Shown here: positions 56,225 through 64,000 of the stretch, one piece after another
Position numbering within the stretch: the stretch's first letter is position 1
How the letters are laid out: each line of letters opens with the position of its first letter
Assembly: GCA_035489815.1 (NCBI GenBank)
Contig: DATHJH010000042.1
Coordinates: forward strand, 1,581 to 65,580
Direction: 5' to 3'
DNA: 64,000 nt
Source: Candidatus Limnocylindria bacterium
GTDB lineage: Bacteria; Patescibacteriota; Saccharimonadia; Saccharimonadales; JAGQNK01
The notes under the pieces: generated by a model
What the model was told of the DNA's origin: nothing
The model's input: the letters and a program-made list of their open reading frames with translations, nothing else
The model's database searches: none
Made by a program: the position numbers and the translations under genes

Positions 56225-56256
56225 AATCAGAACTGTTAACGCAGTTCTGATTTTTT
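56225..56256 (+). terminator. rho-independent terminator
   Basis: aatcagaactg ttaacg cagttctgatt forms an 11-bp stem and is followed by a T-run. Confidence 0.8.
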
Positions 56257-56401
56257 GTATAGGCAGGCTAGCATTGAAACCAATCAATCATTTTATCTCT
56301 GTATACTTTTCAAATCCTGTCTAATCAAAATTACGACTTGCTCTATTGTTGTGAGCCAACCATGTCTTTAATTGCTTCACGATATACTGCATACTATTTG
56401 T

Positions 56402-57592
56402 ATGGATAAAAACGATATAAATGCGTTGCGTATAGCGAACTTTGTGAATACCACAAAACCTAATGGCAATAGATTAGCCACAACGGTCTACCTTGGCAAA
56501 ACAATTAAAGACAAGACTCACAGTAAGGTAAATGATTTCCTGCTACGGTGGCTAGACAAAGATGAAAAAATTATTGCCGTGGTTCAAGCAAATCGTTTCA
56601 AACCACAGGTGGGTGGTCTTATACTGACTAACCGCCGCTTACTTACATTGAATAGTCTAATCATAAAAATTGATAAAATAGTTGATGAAGTGCTTGCTGA
56701 TGATGCTTTGAATTTCATCCACGAGAAGGGTTTTGGCAAAGCCACGAAGCTTTATGTAATTAAAAAAGATGAAACAAAGGTATTCATAGGTTCAATAAGC
56801 AAAGAAGATGCAGAAGTATTACCTAGCTTCTTGCCTCAAATGTCAGGCGCACCCCAGTCCATTGTAGAGAAGATAAGCTCCGCGAAAACAGTCGAGTCTG
56901 ATGCTAAAATGCAGGCTTCAGTTGAAAAGGCACATGAAAAGGAGACGCAACAAGCGCACAAGAAAGAAGAGCGTTTAGCGGGAAAAGCTGATAAGCAAGT
57001 TGTTAAGCAAGAGCGTAAAGCAGCAGAACTTGCGGCGATTAAAGCTCGCGGCAGACAGCTTGGTTGGGCTCAACTTACATATAATGGTGGTTTCGGTAGC
57101 GATTACAAGTCCAATAAAACCGCCAATTTGGAATGTTATGAAAATGAAGTTTTGTTCAAACACCGTAAGGCACCAATTACCATTCCTGCAAACCAGATTA
57201 CGGGTTTTGAAATTACAGGTCAGAAACAGACCACTACAAATAGTCGTATCTCCGTTACTCGCATGGTAACGCTAGGCGTATTTTCACTAGCAGCACCAAA
57301 GCGTAATACTGTTACAACAAAAGAAGCGCATGTCCGTATTACACTCAAGGATGGGCGACAGTTATTCTTCCATACAACTACTGCTGCACAGGAAAAAATA
57401 CATCGCAAGCTGGCTGATGCCATATCACATTACAGTAGGCTACAGTCAACAGAGGGCGGCAAGCAACAACCACAATCCATGCACTCAGTGGATGCAGCCG
57501 GTGAGATTCTAAAATTTGCAGAACTAAGAAAGCAGGGGTTATTGACCGATGATGAATTTGAGGCAAAGAAAAAGCAGTTACTAGGGCTTTAG
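56402..57592 (+). CDS. PH-like-domain protein with a coiled-coil and C-terminal SHOCT domain
   Basis: The C-terminal AGEILKFAELRKQGLLTDDEFEAKKKQLLGL is a SHOCT motif. A central Lys/Glu-rich coil is present. The ORF track starts at TTG 56372; the first ATG is at 56402. Confidence 0.7.
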   Translation: MDKNDINALRIANFVNTTKPNGNRLATTVYLGKTIKDKTHSKVNDFLLRWLDKDEKIIAVVQANRFKPQVGGLILTNRRLLTLNSLIIKIDKIVDEVLADDALNFIHEKGFGKATKLYVIKKDETKVFIGSISKEDAEVLPSFLPQMSGAPQSIVEKISSAKTVESDAKMQASVEKAHEKETQQAHKKEERLAGKADKQVVKQERKAAELAAIKARGRQLGWAQLTYNGGFGSDYKSNKTANLECYENEVLFKHRKAPITIPANQITGFEITGQKQTTTNSRISVTRMVTLGVFSLAAPKRNTVTTKEAHVRITLKDGRQLFFHTTTAAQEKIHRKLADAISHYSRLQSTEGGKQQPQSMHSVDAAGEILKFAELRKQGLLTDDEFEAKKKQLLGL

Positions 57593-57792
57593 TAGGCAGA
57601 ATCTCGCTTAATTGCGATTATAACTTCATCTATCGTGGTGAGCCAATAAAAGAGTCCCTCATTGAGGTTCAACTTTTAAGTGCTTTCGTGAAACTATTTG
57701 CAAGGCTGGTGATTGCTCTCTTGGAACCCGTTCTAAGCACAGACGCCTTGTTGCAACTAGAGTAGTCCGCAAACAAACTGGTATACTAGCAG

Positions 57793-58521
57793 TTGCTATT
57801 CATCGGCTGGAGGGAGGGAATTATTTCTAAAAAACGGACCACAATATACTGGCCCAAGAAACTGGCGGCGCACAGAGTAAACCTGCGCCGTAGTTTGCGG
57901 CGGCTTGGCCGGGATCGCAGGCAGCTTGTGAGAGTGGGGCCTCTGGTTGTAGCACTGGTCCTCTTTAGCGCAACTATAGCGCAAAGGCACTTTACCTCAA
58001 CCGAATTCCGGATTGACCCCGCTGCTTATGGACCACTCCTCAATACCATTGCCAAAGGGGAAAGCAGGGGAAACTATAATGCACACTTTGGCAATGCCGC
58101 TAACAAAAGAATTCGTTTTACAGAAATGCCCGTCGGCGAGGTATTGCAGTGGCAAAAGGACTTTGTACGCAAAGGAAGTGTCAGCAGCGCGGTTGGAAAA
58201 TACCAGTTTATCAGACCAACCCTGCAGGGTTTGGTGCAGCAGCTCAGCCTAGACCCCCGCGTCGAGTTTGATGAAAAACTACAGGACAAGCTAGCCATAA
58301 AACTACTGGAAAGAAGGGGTGCGCACGCTTTCGTCCAGAAAAAGCTAACCCGCGAACAATTTGCAACCAACTTGGCCAAAGAATGGGCGGCCTTGCCGAA
58401 GGTAAAGGGGTCAAATCCCGGTGAAAGCTACTACGCCGGCGATGGCATCAACAAAGCTCACATCAGCATAGATGAAGTTTTCAAAGCACTTACAACGCTC
58501 CAAACCCAAGCGGCAATTTAA
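57793..58521 (+). CDS. lysozyme-like (lytic transglycosylase/GH104-like) protein with an N-terminal anchor
   Basis: IAKGESRGNYNA (candidate catalytic Glu) and SSAVGKYQFIRPTL resemble lambda-lysozyme/SLT-type domains. The start is uncertain: TTG 57793 or a GTG near 57930, just before the TM helix. Confidence 0.6.
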   Translation: MLFIGWREGIISKKRTTIYWPKKLAAHRVNLRRSLRRLGRDRRQLVRVGPLVVALVLFSATIAQRHFTSTEFRIDPAAYGPLLNTIAKGESRGNYNAHFGNAANKRIRFTEMPVGEVLQWQKDFVRKGSVSSAVGKYQFIRPTLQGLVQQLSLDPRVEFDEKLQDKLAIKLLERRGAHAFVQKKLTREQFATNLAKEWAALPKVKGSNPGESYYAGDGINKAHISIDEVFKALTTLQTQAAI

Positions 58522-58597
58522 GTGCTTTAGCGCAGAATAGGGGAAACCTTAGAACTAACCCATTCTCAGGAGAATCCGTTCGGTTTGCTATAATTAC

Positions 58598-59320
58598 TTG
58601 ATGACCGTGAAACATACTTTTTCTGCCATGCTCCAGCCAACTAACCACGCTTGTACGCAAGCCGCAACAGCAATGCTGCTCAGCCACTACGACCCCAGCG
58701 TAACAGTTGCGCAAGTTATGCGGGAATCTCCTACCCAAAAGAAGGACGATGGTAACGAGGCGGGATCAAGTATGCAGCGGCTGGCTACCTACTGCCTGGA
58801 CAAGGGGTATGAGGTCGAACTCTACAGCTTTGATGCGATAATCCTGGACCTAAGCTGGAGAAACCTATCCGATCAAGAACTGCTCAAAAAACTGGAAAAG
58901 ATCAAAGAGAGCCGTGAAGTAAAAAACTTGGGCAAAGGATCTACAAGGCAACTCATCGAAGAGTACATTGCTTTTATAAAAAAGGGCGGGAAGCTTATAA
59001 TCAAACCGTATCCAGATACTCAGCTACTTTCTGATCTAATCAAGCAAGGGCCTTTGTGTGTTGCAATCAGCCATCCCACCATGACCGGTGCCGGCCACAC
59101 CAAAAGCTTAGGAGTACGAGAAGACGTTCAGGACGACCTAGAAAACGGCATTAGCACTCACGCCGTATTAGCCTACGGCCAAGACAAGGCTGGCAACTAC
59201 TTGATCTCAGATCCTTGGGGAGATCCTCAAGACTATACCGCCACCCCAGATCAACTCATTGCTTCTATCATGGCCGCACAGTGGCTATGTGACAATATAA
59301 TTTTCAGAATCAGCTCTTAG
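58598..59320 (+). CDS. C39-like (papain-fold) cysteine peptidase domain protein
   Basis: LQPTNHACTQAATAMLLSHY supplies the Q...C motif and STHAVLAYGQDKAGNYLISDPWG supplies the His and Asp, in the order expected for Peptidase_C39-like domains. Confidence 0.55.
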   Translation: MMTVKHTFSAMLQPTNHACTQAATAMLLSHYDPSVTVAQVMRESPTQKKDDGNEAGSSMQRLATYCLDKGYEVELYSFDAIILDLSWRNLSDQELLKKLEKIKESREVKNLGKGSTRQLIEEYIAFIKKGGKLIIKPYPDTQLLSDLIKQGPLCVAISHPTMTGAGHTKSLGVREDVQDDLENGISTHAVLAYGQDKAGNYLISDPWGDPQDYTATPDQLIASIMAAQWLCDNIIFRISS

Positions 59321-59418
59321 CCTACGTATCCAGACATCTCATCAAAGTCTGGAGTATGTCCGCTAAGCCAAACCACAAAAATACCGTCAGTAGTTGCTGG
59401 CGGTATTTTATTTCGAAC

Positions 59419-59805
59419 TTACTTCAGGCGTTCAAGTACACCGCGGCGCTTCACGATGTTTTTGTAGTCCCATTGGATTTTTTTGGACTTTTCCAACCAG
59501 CGTTGCACATCTTTTGTGTTTACTTGATCTACGCTGGTGTAGCGAGCCTCGGCAGCCTTGAAACTGCCCTCTGGCTGGAGGTTCTCATCAAACGACTGGC
59601 CACTCCAAAAGAGTATTCTGACAGAGTCTTTGAGTACGTGATAGCCAACAATAGGGTTGCCATCCAGAAACCAAACCGGCGAGCCGTGCCACAATTTATT
59701 TTTTGCCCCGGGTAGGCTGCGCTGGATTTCTTTAGCCAGTGACTCGCAGATTACTCTCCGATCATCTTCCTGGGCGTCGTTGTAAGCCCCGATGTCCTTG
59801 TTCAT
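59419..59805 (-). CDS. DUF1801 (YdhG-like) domain protein
   Basis: ICESLAKEIQRSLPGAKNKLWHGSPVWFLDGNPIVGY...RILFWSG fits the DUF1801 pattern as I know it. Confidence 0.6.
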   Translation of the reverse strand: MNKDIGAYNDAQEDDRRVICESLAKEIQRSLPGAKNKLWHGSPVWFLDGNPIVGYHVLKDSVRILFWSGQSFDENLQPEGSFKAAEARYTSVDQVNTKDVQRWLEKSKKIQWDYKNIVKRRGVLERLK

Positions 59806-59865
59806 AACAGGTATTGTACGAGCCTGAACAGGTCATATCAAGCACAATCAGCCTATCGAGCCAGG

Positions 59866-60036
59866 CCCCATACTCACTTTTTCTCCACCCCCGTCATTCC
59901 GGCCTTGAGCCGGCCTGCAGGCAGGCCGGAGTCCAAGATAATGGGTTATTCCTCTGGACGGCTGGGTCATTCATCCTTCGCAGTCTTGCTACAGAGAACC
60001 GGGGCCTGGCATGACGGAAAAGTGAGAGTGGGTCAG
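59866..60036. repeat. Inverted-repeat element, copy C
   Basis: The right arm atgacggaaaagtgagagtgggtcag (60011-36) carries the family core. The degenerate left arm is ccccatactcactttttctccacccccgtcat (59866-97). A perfect 10-mer pair, gccaggcccc (59860-69) and ggggcctggc (60001-10), is also present. Confidence 0.5.
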
Positions 60037-60256
60037 ATTAAGTCCTACATAAATCGATACTCAGCATTTAAACCAACCTTTGCATCTGATAGCAGCGGGA
60101 TTAATCCCCATACAGTAGCTTCCTTCTGATTAACTTCAATTTTCTTGATTACTCCTCTTGTAATATCTTTCTTATCTGTAAAGTCCAAGTCCTTCGAGAG
60201 TATCCCCTCACAACATGGAAATATAATCGTAAGGACAATTACTGGGTTATGGGGCT

Positions 60257-61438
60257 TTACGCCTTACTGAAAGAAAGTATCGCCTCTGTGCGCATACGGT
60301 TTGTTAACGTTGAAGTGTTTTTCGAAGACGGGGGAGGTAAATAGCGCCTATTTGCGGGCAACTCACGCTCATTCTCAGATACCAGCCGTAAGCAGGCAAT
60401 CTCCGCTGCTGCTGTTACTGCCATAGTGTTTTTGATAAAAACTCCTTTTAGACATGAATTGCCGACCACCAGTAGGGCACGTCCGCCAGGCTTCAGGACG
60501 CGTTCAATTTCCCTCATCAAAGCCACCATATCTAATAAATACCTATTGAACATACCCTTCTCTTTAGAGCCAAGCTGCTCGTAAAACTCCATCTTTTGTG
60601 TCATGGCCTCTATTGTTCCGTCAGAGACATCTGAGTCGGGGCGCCTTTCTGCACCAATGCTTGTACTGCGGATTGTACGCAAATTAGCCAAACTGTGCCC
60701 TAACCACACTAGAGCCAATTTGTGCCCCCTCATATAATCAATTGCATTGAGGTAGGGAGGTGAAGTTATTACCATATCTACTTCAGCGTCAGATACGCCG
60801 AGATTGCGCGCGTCAGCCCTGCTGACCCTGGCAAGTGCAGTACTAGCTTGTGGTAATCTCGACGCCAATAGCTTTGCTGACTTTACGAAATTCGGAAGAA
60901 CTTCGTACTCATTGGTAAGCGTTACACGATGTGGGCGGCTATGTGAAGTATCCCTAGCCAAAGATGCTCCTCGTTCCTTAGTGATAATCAATCTACTGAC
61001 GGCAACTTTAAGAAATGCTTGCAATGAGCCACCATAGTTACTATTTATAAGCATCATGAGCCTGCGTAGATCATCGATTTGTTTTTGGGCAAACCAAAAG
61101 TCTATGAATTTTTGCGTCTCTGCGTCGTCATCGATCCAGGGTAAGTAGGTGTCTTCAAGAGGTAAGTTCCGAGCTTCTTCGGCCACTTTTATTGCTGCGC
61201 TCATTGCTTCTTCGATGTCTATCGGAGTAGTGTTGACTCCTGCAATAAGTACCGCCATAGGGTCAAGGTCACTCCCTATAGCCTCTATGCCGCATTCAAT
61301 TGCCATACGAAGTGTGGTGCCAGAACCGCACATAGGGTCAAGCACAATTGAAGTAGCAGGCAGTTTTTCACACTCGGCCAATGCTATTTCTGGTGCCATT
61401 CTGGCGGGGAACGGATGGATAGGTTTTAGTTTCTTCAT
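60257..61438 (-). CDS. SAM-dependent DNA amino-methyltransferase (N6-adenine or N4-cytosine), motif order X/I ... IV
   Basis: HPFPARMAPEIA...VLDPMCGSGTTLRMAIECGIEAIGSDLDP (AdoMet motif) is at residues 8-60 and ITSPPY (catalytic motif IV) at residues 224-229. The spacer between them is about 185 aa. Confidence 0.8.
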   Translation of the reverse strand: MKKLKPIHPFPARMAPEIALAECEKLPATSIVLDPMCGSGTTLRMAIECGIEAIGSDLDPMAVLIAGVNTTPIDIEEAMSAAIKVAEEARNLPLEDTYLPWIDDDAETQKFIDFWFAQKQIDDLRRLMMLINSNYGGSLQAFLKVAVSRLIITKERGASLARDTSHSRPHRVTLTNEYEVLPNFVKSAKLLASRLPQASTALARVSRADARNLGVSDAEVDMVITSPPYLNAIDYMRGHKLALVWLGHSLANLRTIRSTSIGAERRPDSDVSDGTIEAMTQKMEFYEQLGSKEKGMFNRYLLDMVALMREIERVLKPGGRALLVVGNSCLKGVFIKNTMAVTAAAEIACLRLVSENERELPANRRYLPPPSSKNTSTLTNRMRTEAILSFSKA

Positions 61439-61558
61439 TTAGTCCAAGTATACTTATGCTTGCCGGCGATTGACATACCTTATCTTTGAATACTGAAGGA
61501 TGCTGGTATATAGTGCAAGAAGTAAGCATCAATTAAGCTAAACAGAGAGCGTATTGAG

Positions 61559-63439
61559 ATGTCAGAGTTTGATATTAACAAGTTCAAGGGTGCAGCCGTT
61601 GAACATGCAAGTTTCCGATACGAGGACAACCTGAAAGCCCTTAAGGGTAGGGGTCTTTGGACTCAAGGCCTTGAGCAGGCAGTCGAAGGCTCGATCAAAA
61701 ATATCTCACATGAAGCAACACGCTCATTCGTAATCTACGGCGAGCCACAGAGTGGTAAGACCGGCATGATGATCGCATTGACCGCACGACTTTTAGACGA
61801 CGGCCACAAAATGATCATCGTGTTACTAAACGATTCTGTGCAGCTTCTTGAGCAGAACCTTGAGCGATTTGCGCGCTCTGGTCTCGATCCCGCTCCAAAG
61901 CGTTTTGCAGAGATAATGGATCCGAGCGTGGAGCCGCATAAGGGCAACTGGGTCATCTTCAGTAAAAAGAACGCCAGTGATCTAAAGAAGTTATTGTCGA
62001 GAATTGATACAATCCCCGCCCGAGTGGTTATAGATGATGAAGCAGACTATGCATCGCCCAACGCTAAGATAAATCAAAACGAAAAAACGAAAATCAACGC
62101 TCTTGTTGAAAAATTAATAGGCAAAGACGGAATCTACATTGGCGTAACTGCAACGCCGGCTCGTCTCGACTTAAACAATACGTTTGAGAATGACAACGAA
62201 AAATGGGTAGACTTTCCGCCCCATCCGCTATATACAGGGCAAGATGCGTTCTTCCCCACTGATAAAGCACACTCCGGCGATATCGATAGTCTAGACTATC
62301 ATCTCGTACTGCTACCTGAGGATCATGACGAGCCTAAGTTTTTACGCAAAGCCCTGCTTAGCTTTTTGGTCAACGTTGCCTACCTGAACCTCTACGAGAA
62401 CGAGAAAGAAGAAAATTACAGTATGCTCGTACACACAAGCGGCAAGAAAGTAGATCACTCCGAAGACTACAAACAGATCGTAAAGGCGCTCAATGCGCTC
62501 AAAGATGAGGATAACTCAAAATACGAAACCTACTTGAAAAGCCTGTGGGAAATAGCACGGGGTCGCTATGAGGGCAAGGAAGACTCAATAACAAAATATG
62601 TCAGGAACAATATCGGCCGAAACAATATTGTAGTCATGAACAGTAACACTGCTAAGGCCGCCGCAGAGTACAAGTCCGCCACCAGCCCTGCGTCTCTATT
62701 CACTATTGCCATTGGAGGTAACATTGTTTCTCGTGGCGTGACCTTCGACAACTTATTGTCGATGTTCTTCACTCGCGATGTGAAGCATAAAATACAGCAG
62801 GATACATACATCCAGCGGGCAAGGATGTTTGGGACGAGGGGCAGCTATCTTAAATACTTCGAGCTTCATATTCCTGACCAGCTCTACCTGAATTGGCAAA
62901 AATGCTTTGTCTTTCATCGACTTGCACTATCAGCAATCCGTTCAGGCCAAGGAAGCCCAGTATGGCTTGAGGATCGCAAGGTCTCTGCCGCCTCCTCTTC
63001 TAGCATTAACAAAACAACTGTAGTACTTGAAAGCGGCGAAATGAGCTGGCAAATCTTCTCTTATGCTCCAGGGATTGACGAAGGGCTAAAAAAGGACTTG
63101 AGCTCCACTCAAAAGCTGGCGCTGCTTAAATCACTAGTAGATGATAGTTGTCTGCCTGAGTACGTTATCGATTTCATTAGGGATTTCAGCCCCTACGGCG
63201 CAGAATCGTTGGCTATCCATTCTACCCAGACAATAGACAAGTATGAAAGTGCTGATGTAGAGAACATCCAACGTAGAAAAGGTTTCATATCTAGTGAGTA
63301 CCTAGAACGACAAAAATATCCGCGAGCTATACATCACATCAAGGTGATCAAAAACAATCAGGGGCGTGCGAGATTCTTCTATAAATATGCACCTGACGTC
63401 GGCAATATAAGGTTCCTTAGAAACCGACGTGCAAGGTAA
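61559..63439 (+). CDS. Z1-domain P-loop ATPase (putative restriction/defence component)
   Basis: GEPQSGKTG (Walker A), VIDDEADYAS (Walker B/DEAD-like), YIGVTATP, SMLVHTS and IGGNIVSRGVTF...QDTYIQRARMFGTRG match the Z1-domain family (PF10593) as I remember it. Confidence 0.7.
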   Translation: MSEFDINKFKGAAVEHASFRYEDNLKALKGRGLWTQGLEQAVEGSIKNISHEATRSFVIYGEPQSGKTGMMIALTARLLDDGHKMIIVLLNDSVQLLEQNLERFARSGLDPAPKRFAEIMDPSVEPHKGNWVIFSKKNASDLKKLLSRIDTIPARVVIDDEADYASPNAKINQNEKTKINALVEKLIGKDGIYIGVTATPARLDLNNTFENDNEKWVDFPPHPLYTGQDAFFPTDKAHSGDIDSLDYHLVLLPEDHDEPKFLRKALLSFLVNVAYLNLYENEKEENYSMLVHTSGKKVDHSEDYKQIVKALNALKDEDNSKYETYLKSLWEIARGRYEGKEDSITKYVRNNIGRNNIVVMNSNTAKAAAEYKSATSPASLFTIAIGGNIVSRGVTFDNLLSMFFTRDVKHKIQQDTYIQRARMFGTRGSYLKYFELHIPDQLYLNWQKCFVFHRLALSAIRSGQGSPVWLEDRKVSAASSSSINKTTVVLESGEMSWQIFSYAPGIDEGLKKDLSSTQKLALLKSLVDDSCLPEYVIDFIRDFSPYGAESLAIHSTQTIDKYESADVENIQRRKGFISSEYLERQKYPRAIHHIKVIKNNQGRARFFYKYAPDVGNIRFLRNRRAR

Positions 63440-63441
63440 AT

Positions 63442-63924
63442 ATGGTACGGGAATTTGAGTTTTATCATGGTGCGGCTCTTACTCGTCTTATTCACGGCCA
63501 CAAGAACATTAGTATCGAGCAATACTCAGCCGCTACCAGTAACGCATCCTATGTAATCAATGAGCAAGTTGGCCTTTACCTAAAGCATTCTACTAGCAGA
63601 CTTTCACCCTGGGTTTTCACCTTCAAGAAAGAGCATCAGGACGAAGTTCGAAAGATGAAAGATGGATTCGGAGAAGTATTTATTATACTAATTTGCGGCA
63701 AGGATGGCATGGTCTGCTTGAGCTACAAGGAACTGAGGCTTGCCCTAGATGACGATCACGGCCCAGCAGAGTGGCTAAAAGCCGCTAGGCGCACCCGAGA
63801 GAAGTACGCTATTTCAGGCACCGATGGCAAACTGAAGACGAAGATTGGTGAAAATGAGTTCCCATCGAAGATTATATCTTGTCTGGAAGACCAGGAATCC
63901 GACGGTGCTACACTAGCTACATGA
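63442..63924 (+). CDS. ORFan (160 aa) coupled to the Z1 ATPase
   Basis: It starts 2 nt after the Z1 stop, and its own stop overlaps the next start (ATGA). No motif recognised. Confidence 0.55.
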   Translation: MVREFEFYHGAALTRLIHGHKNISIEQYSAATSNASYVINEQVGLYLKHSTSRLSPWVFTFKKEHQDEVRKMKDGFGEVFIILICGKDGMVCLSYKELRLALDDDHGPAEWLKAARRTREKYAISGTDGKLKTKIGENEFPSKIISCLEDQESDGATLAT

Positions 63925-64000
63925 AAATCGTTGCCAAAGTCCTGCTTATTGACAGTGACGGGAGGATCCTCTTACTGCGCCGGAGCAATACCCACCCGCG
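63921..64000 (+). CDS. NUDIX hydrolase, N-terminal fragment (runs off the window)
   Basis: MKIVAKVLLIDSDGRILLLRRSNTHP is a typical NUDIX N-terminal beta-strand region. The NUDIX box itself would lie beyond the window. Confidence 0.45.
   Translation, partial: MKIVAKVLLIDSDGRILLLRRSNTHP

Noticed and set aside
58541-58580. Weak resemblance of ccttagaactaacccattctcaggagaatcc to the termini of the 2764-2933 element
   Set aside because: The similarity is only scattered short word matches with indels. This is not enough to call a further copy.

Overview
This 64-kb window holds about 75 credible CDS, tightly packed with many ATGA/GTGA overlaps. It encodes F1Fo ATP synthase, SmpB, Hsp20, a Clp-like AAA+ protein, many glycosyltransferases and surface proteins, and almost no biosynthesis. 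Together with the many ORFans, this suggests a reduced Gram-positive-type genome such as a Patescibacteria/CPR (Saccharibacteria-like) organism, but that is inference only.

Map:
- 1-6.1 kb: ORFans, a YbjQ-family gene, a ~490-nt ORF-free spacer full of inverted repeats, and a membrane-anchored double-AAA+ Clp-like ATPase.
- 6.1-17.2 kb: a cell-envelope glycan cluster (flippase, three glycosyltransferases, two pyruvyl transferases, two giant polytopic membrane proteins).
- 17.2-21.6 kb: small membrane and secreted proteins, a PIN toxin-antitoxin candidate and a Crp/Fnr regulator.
- 21.8-25.2 kb: a UvrD-type helicase fused to a nuclease.
- 25.2-26.6 kb: a SulP transporter.
- 26.8-35.7 kb (minus strand): a complete atp operon interrupted by five non-atp genes.
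- 35.8-44.3 kb: glutaredoxin-like protein, corrinoid adenosyltransferase-like protein, Hsp20, P-loop kinase, thermonuclease, a GT2, two paralogous glycoside hydrolases and SmpB.
- 44.4-51.2 kb: a CHASE-only sensor and a five-gene WxL-like surface-protein operon.
- 51.3-64 kb: an accessory region seeded on a tRNA gene.

Observations worth a second look:
1. tRNA-Asn(GUU) is split inside its anticodon by a 265-nt group I intron. A decayed HNH endonuclease cassette next to it is bracketed by a duplicated tRNA 5' end.
2. Three copies of a tRNA 3' end delimit tandem integrase-less islets.
3. A divergent methyltransferase / Z1-domain ATPase / 160-aa ORFan / NUDIX cluster is a candidate non-canonical defence system.
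4. Translationally coupled ORFans sit inside the atp operon. One is flanked by a 33-nt duplication of the atpG 3' end that carries both the gamma C-terminus and a Shine-Dalgarno sequence.
5. An IVS-like four-helix-bundle cassette, enclosed by a stem, lies between atpD and atpC.
6. A three-copy intergenic inverted-repeat family shares the arm core TGACCCAC-N2-3-CACTTT.

No rRNA, CRISPR array, integrase or transposase was seen. All calls rest on motifs read by eye; no database search was run.
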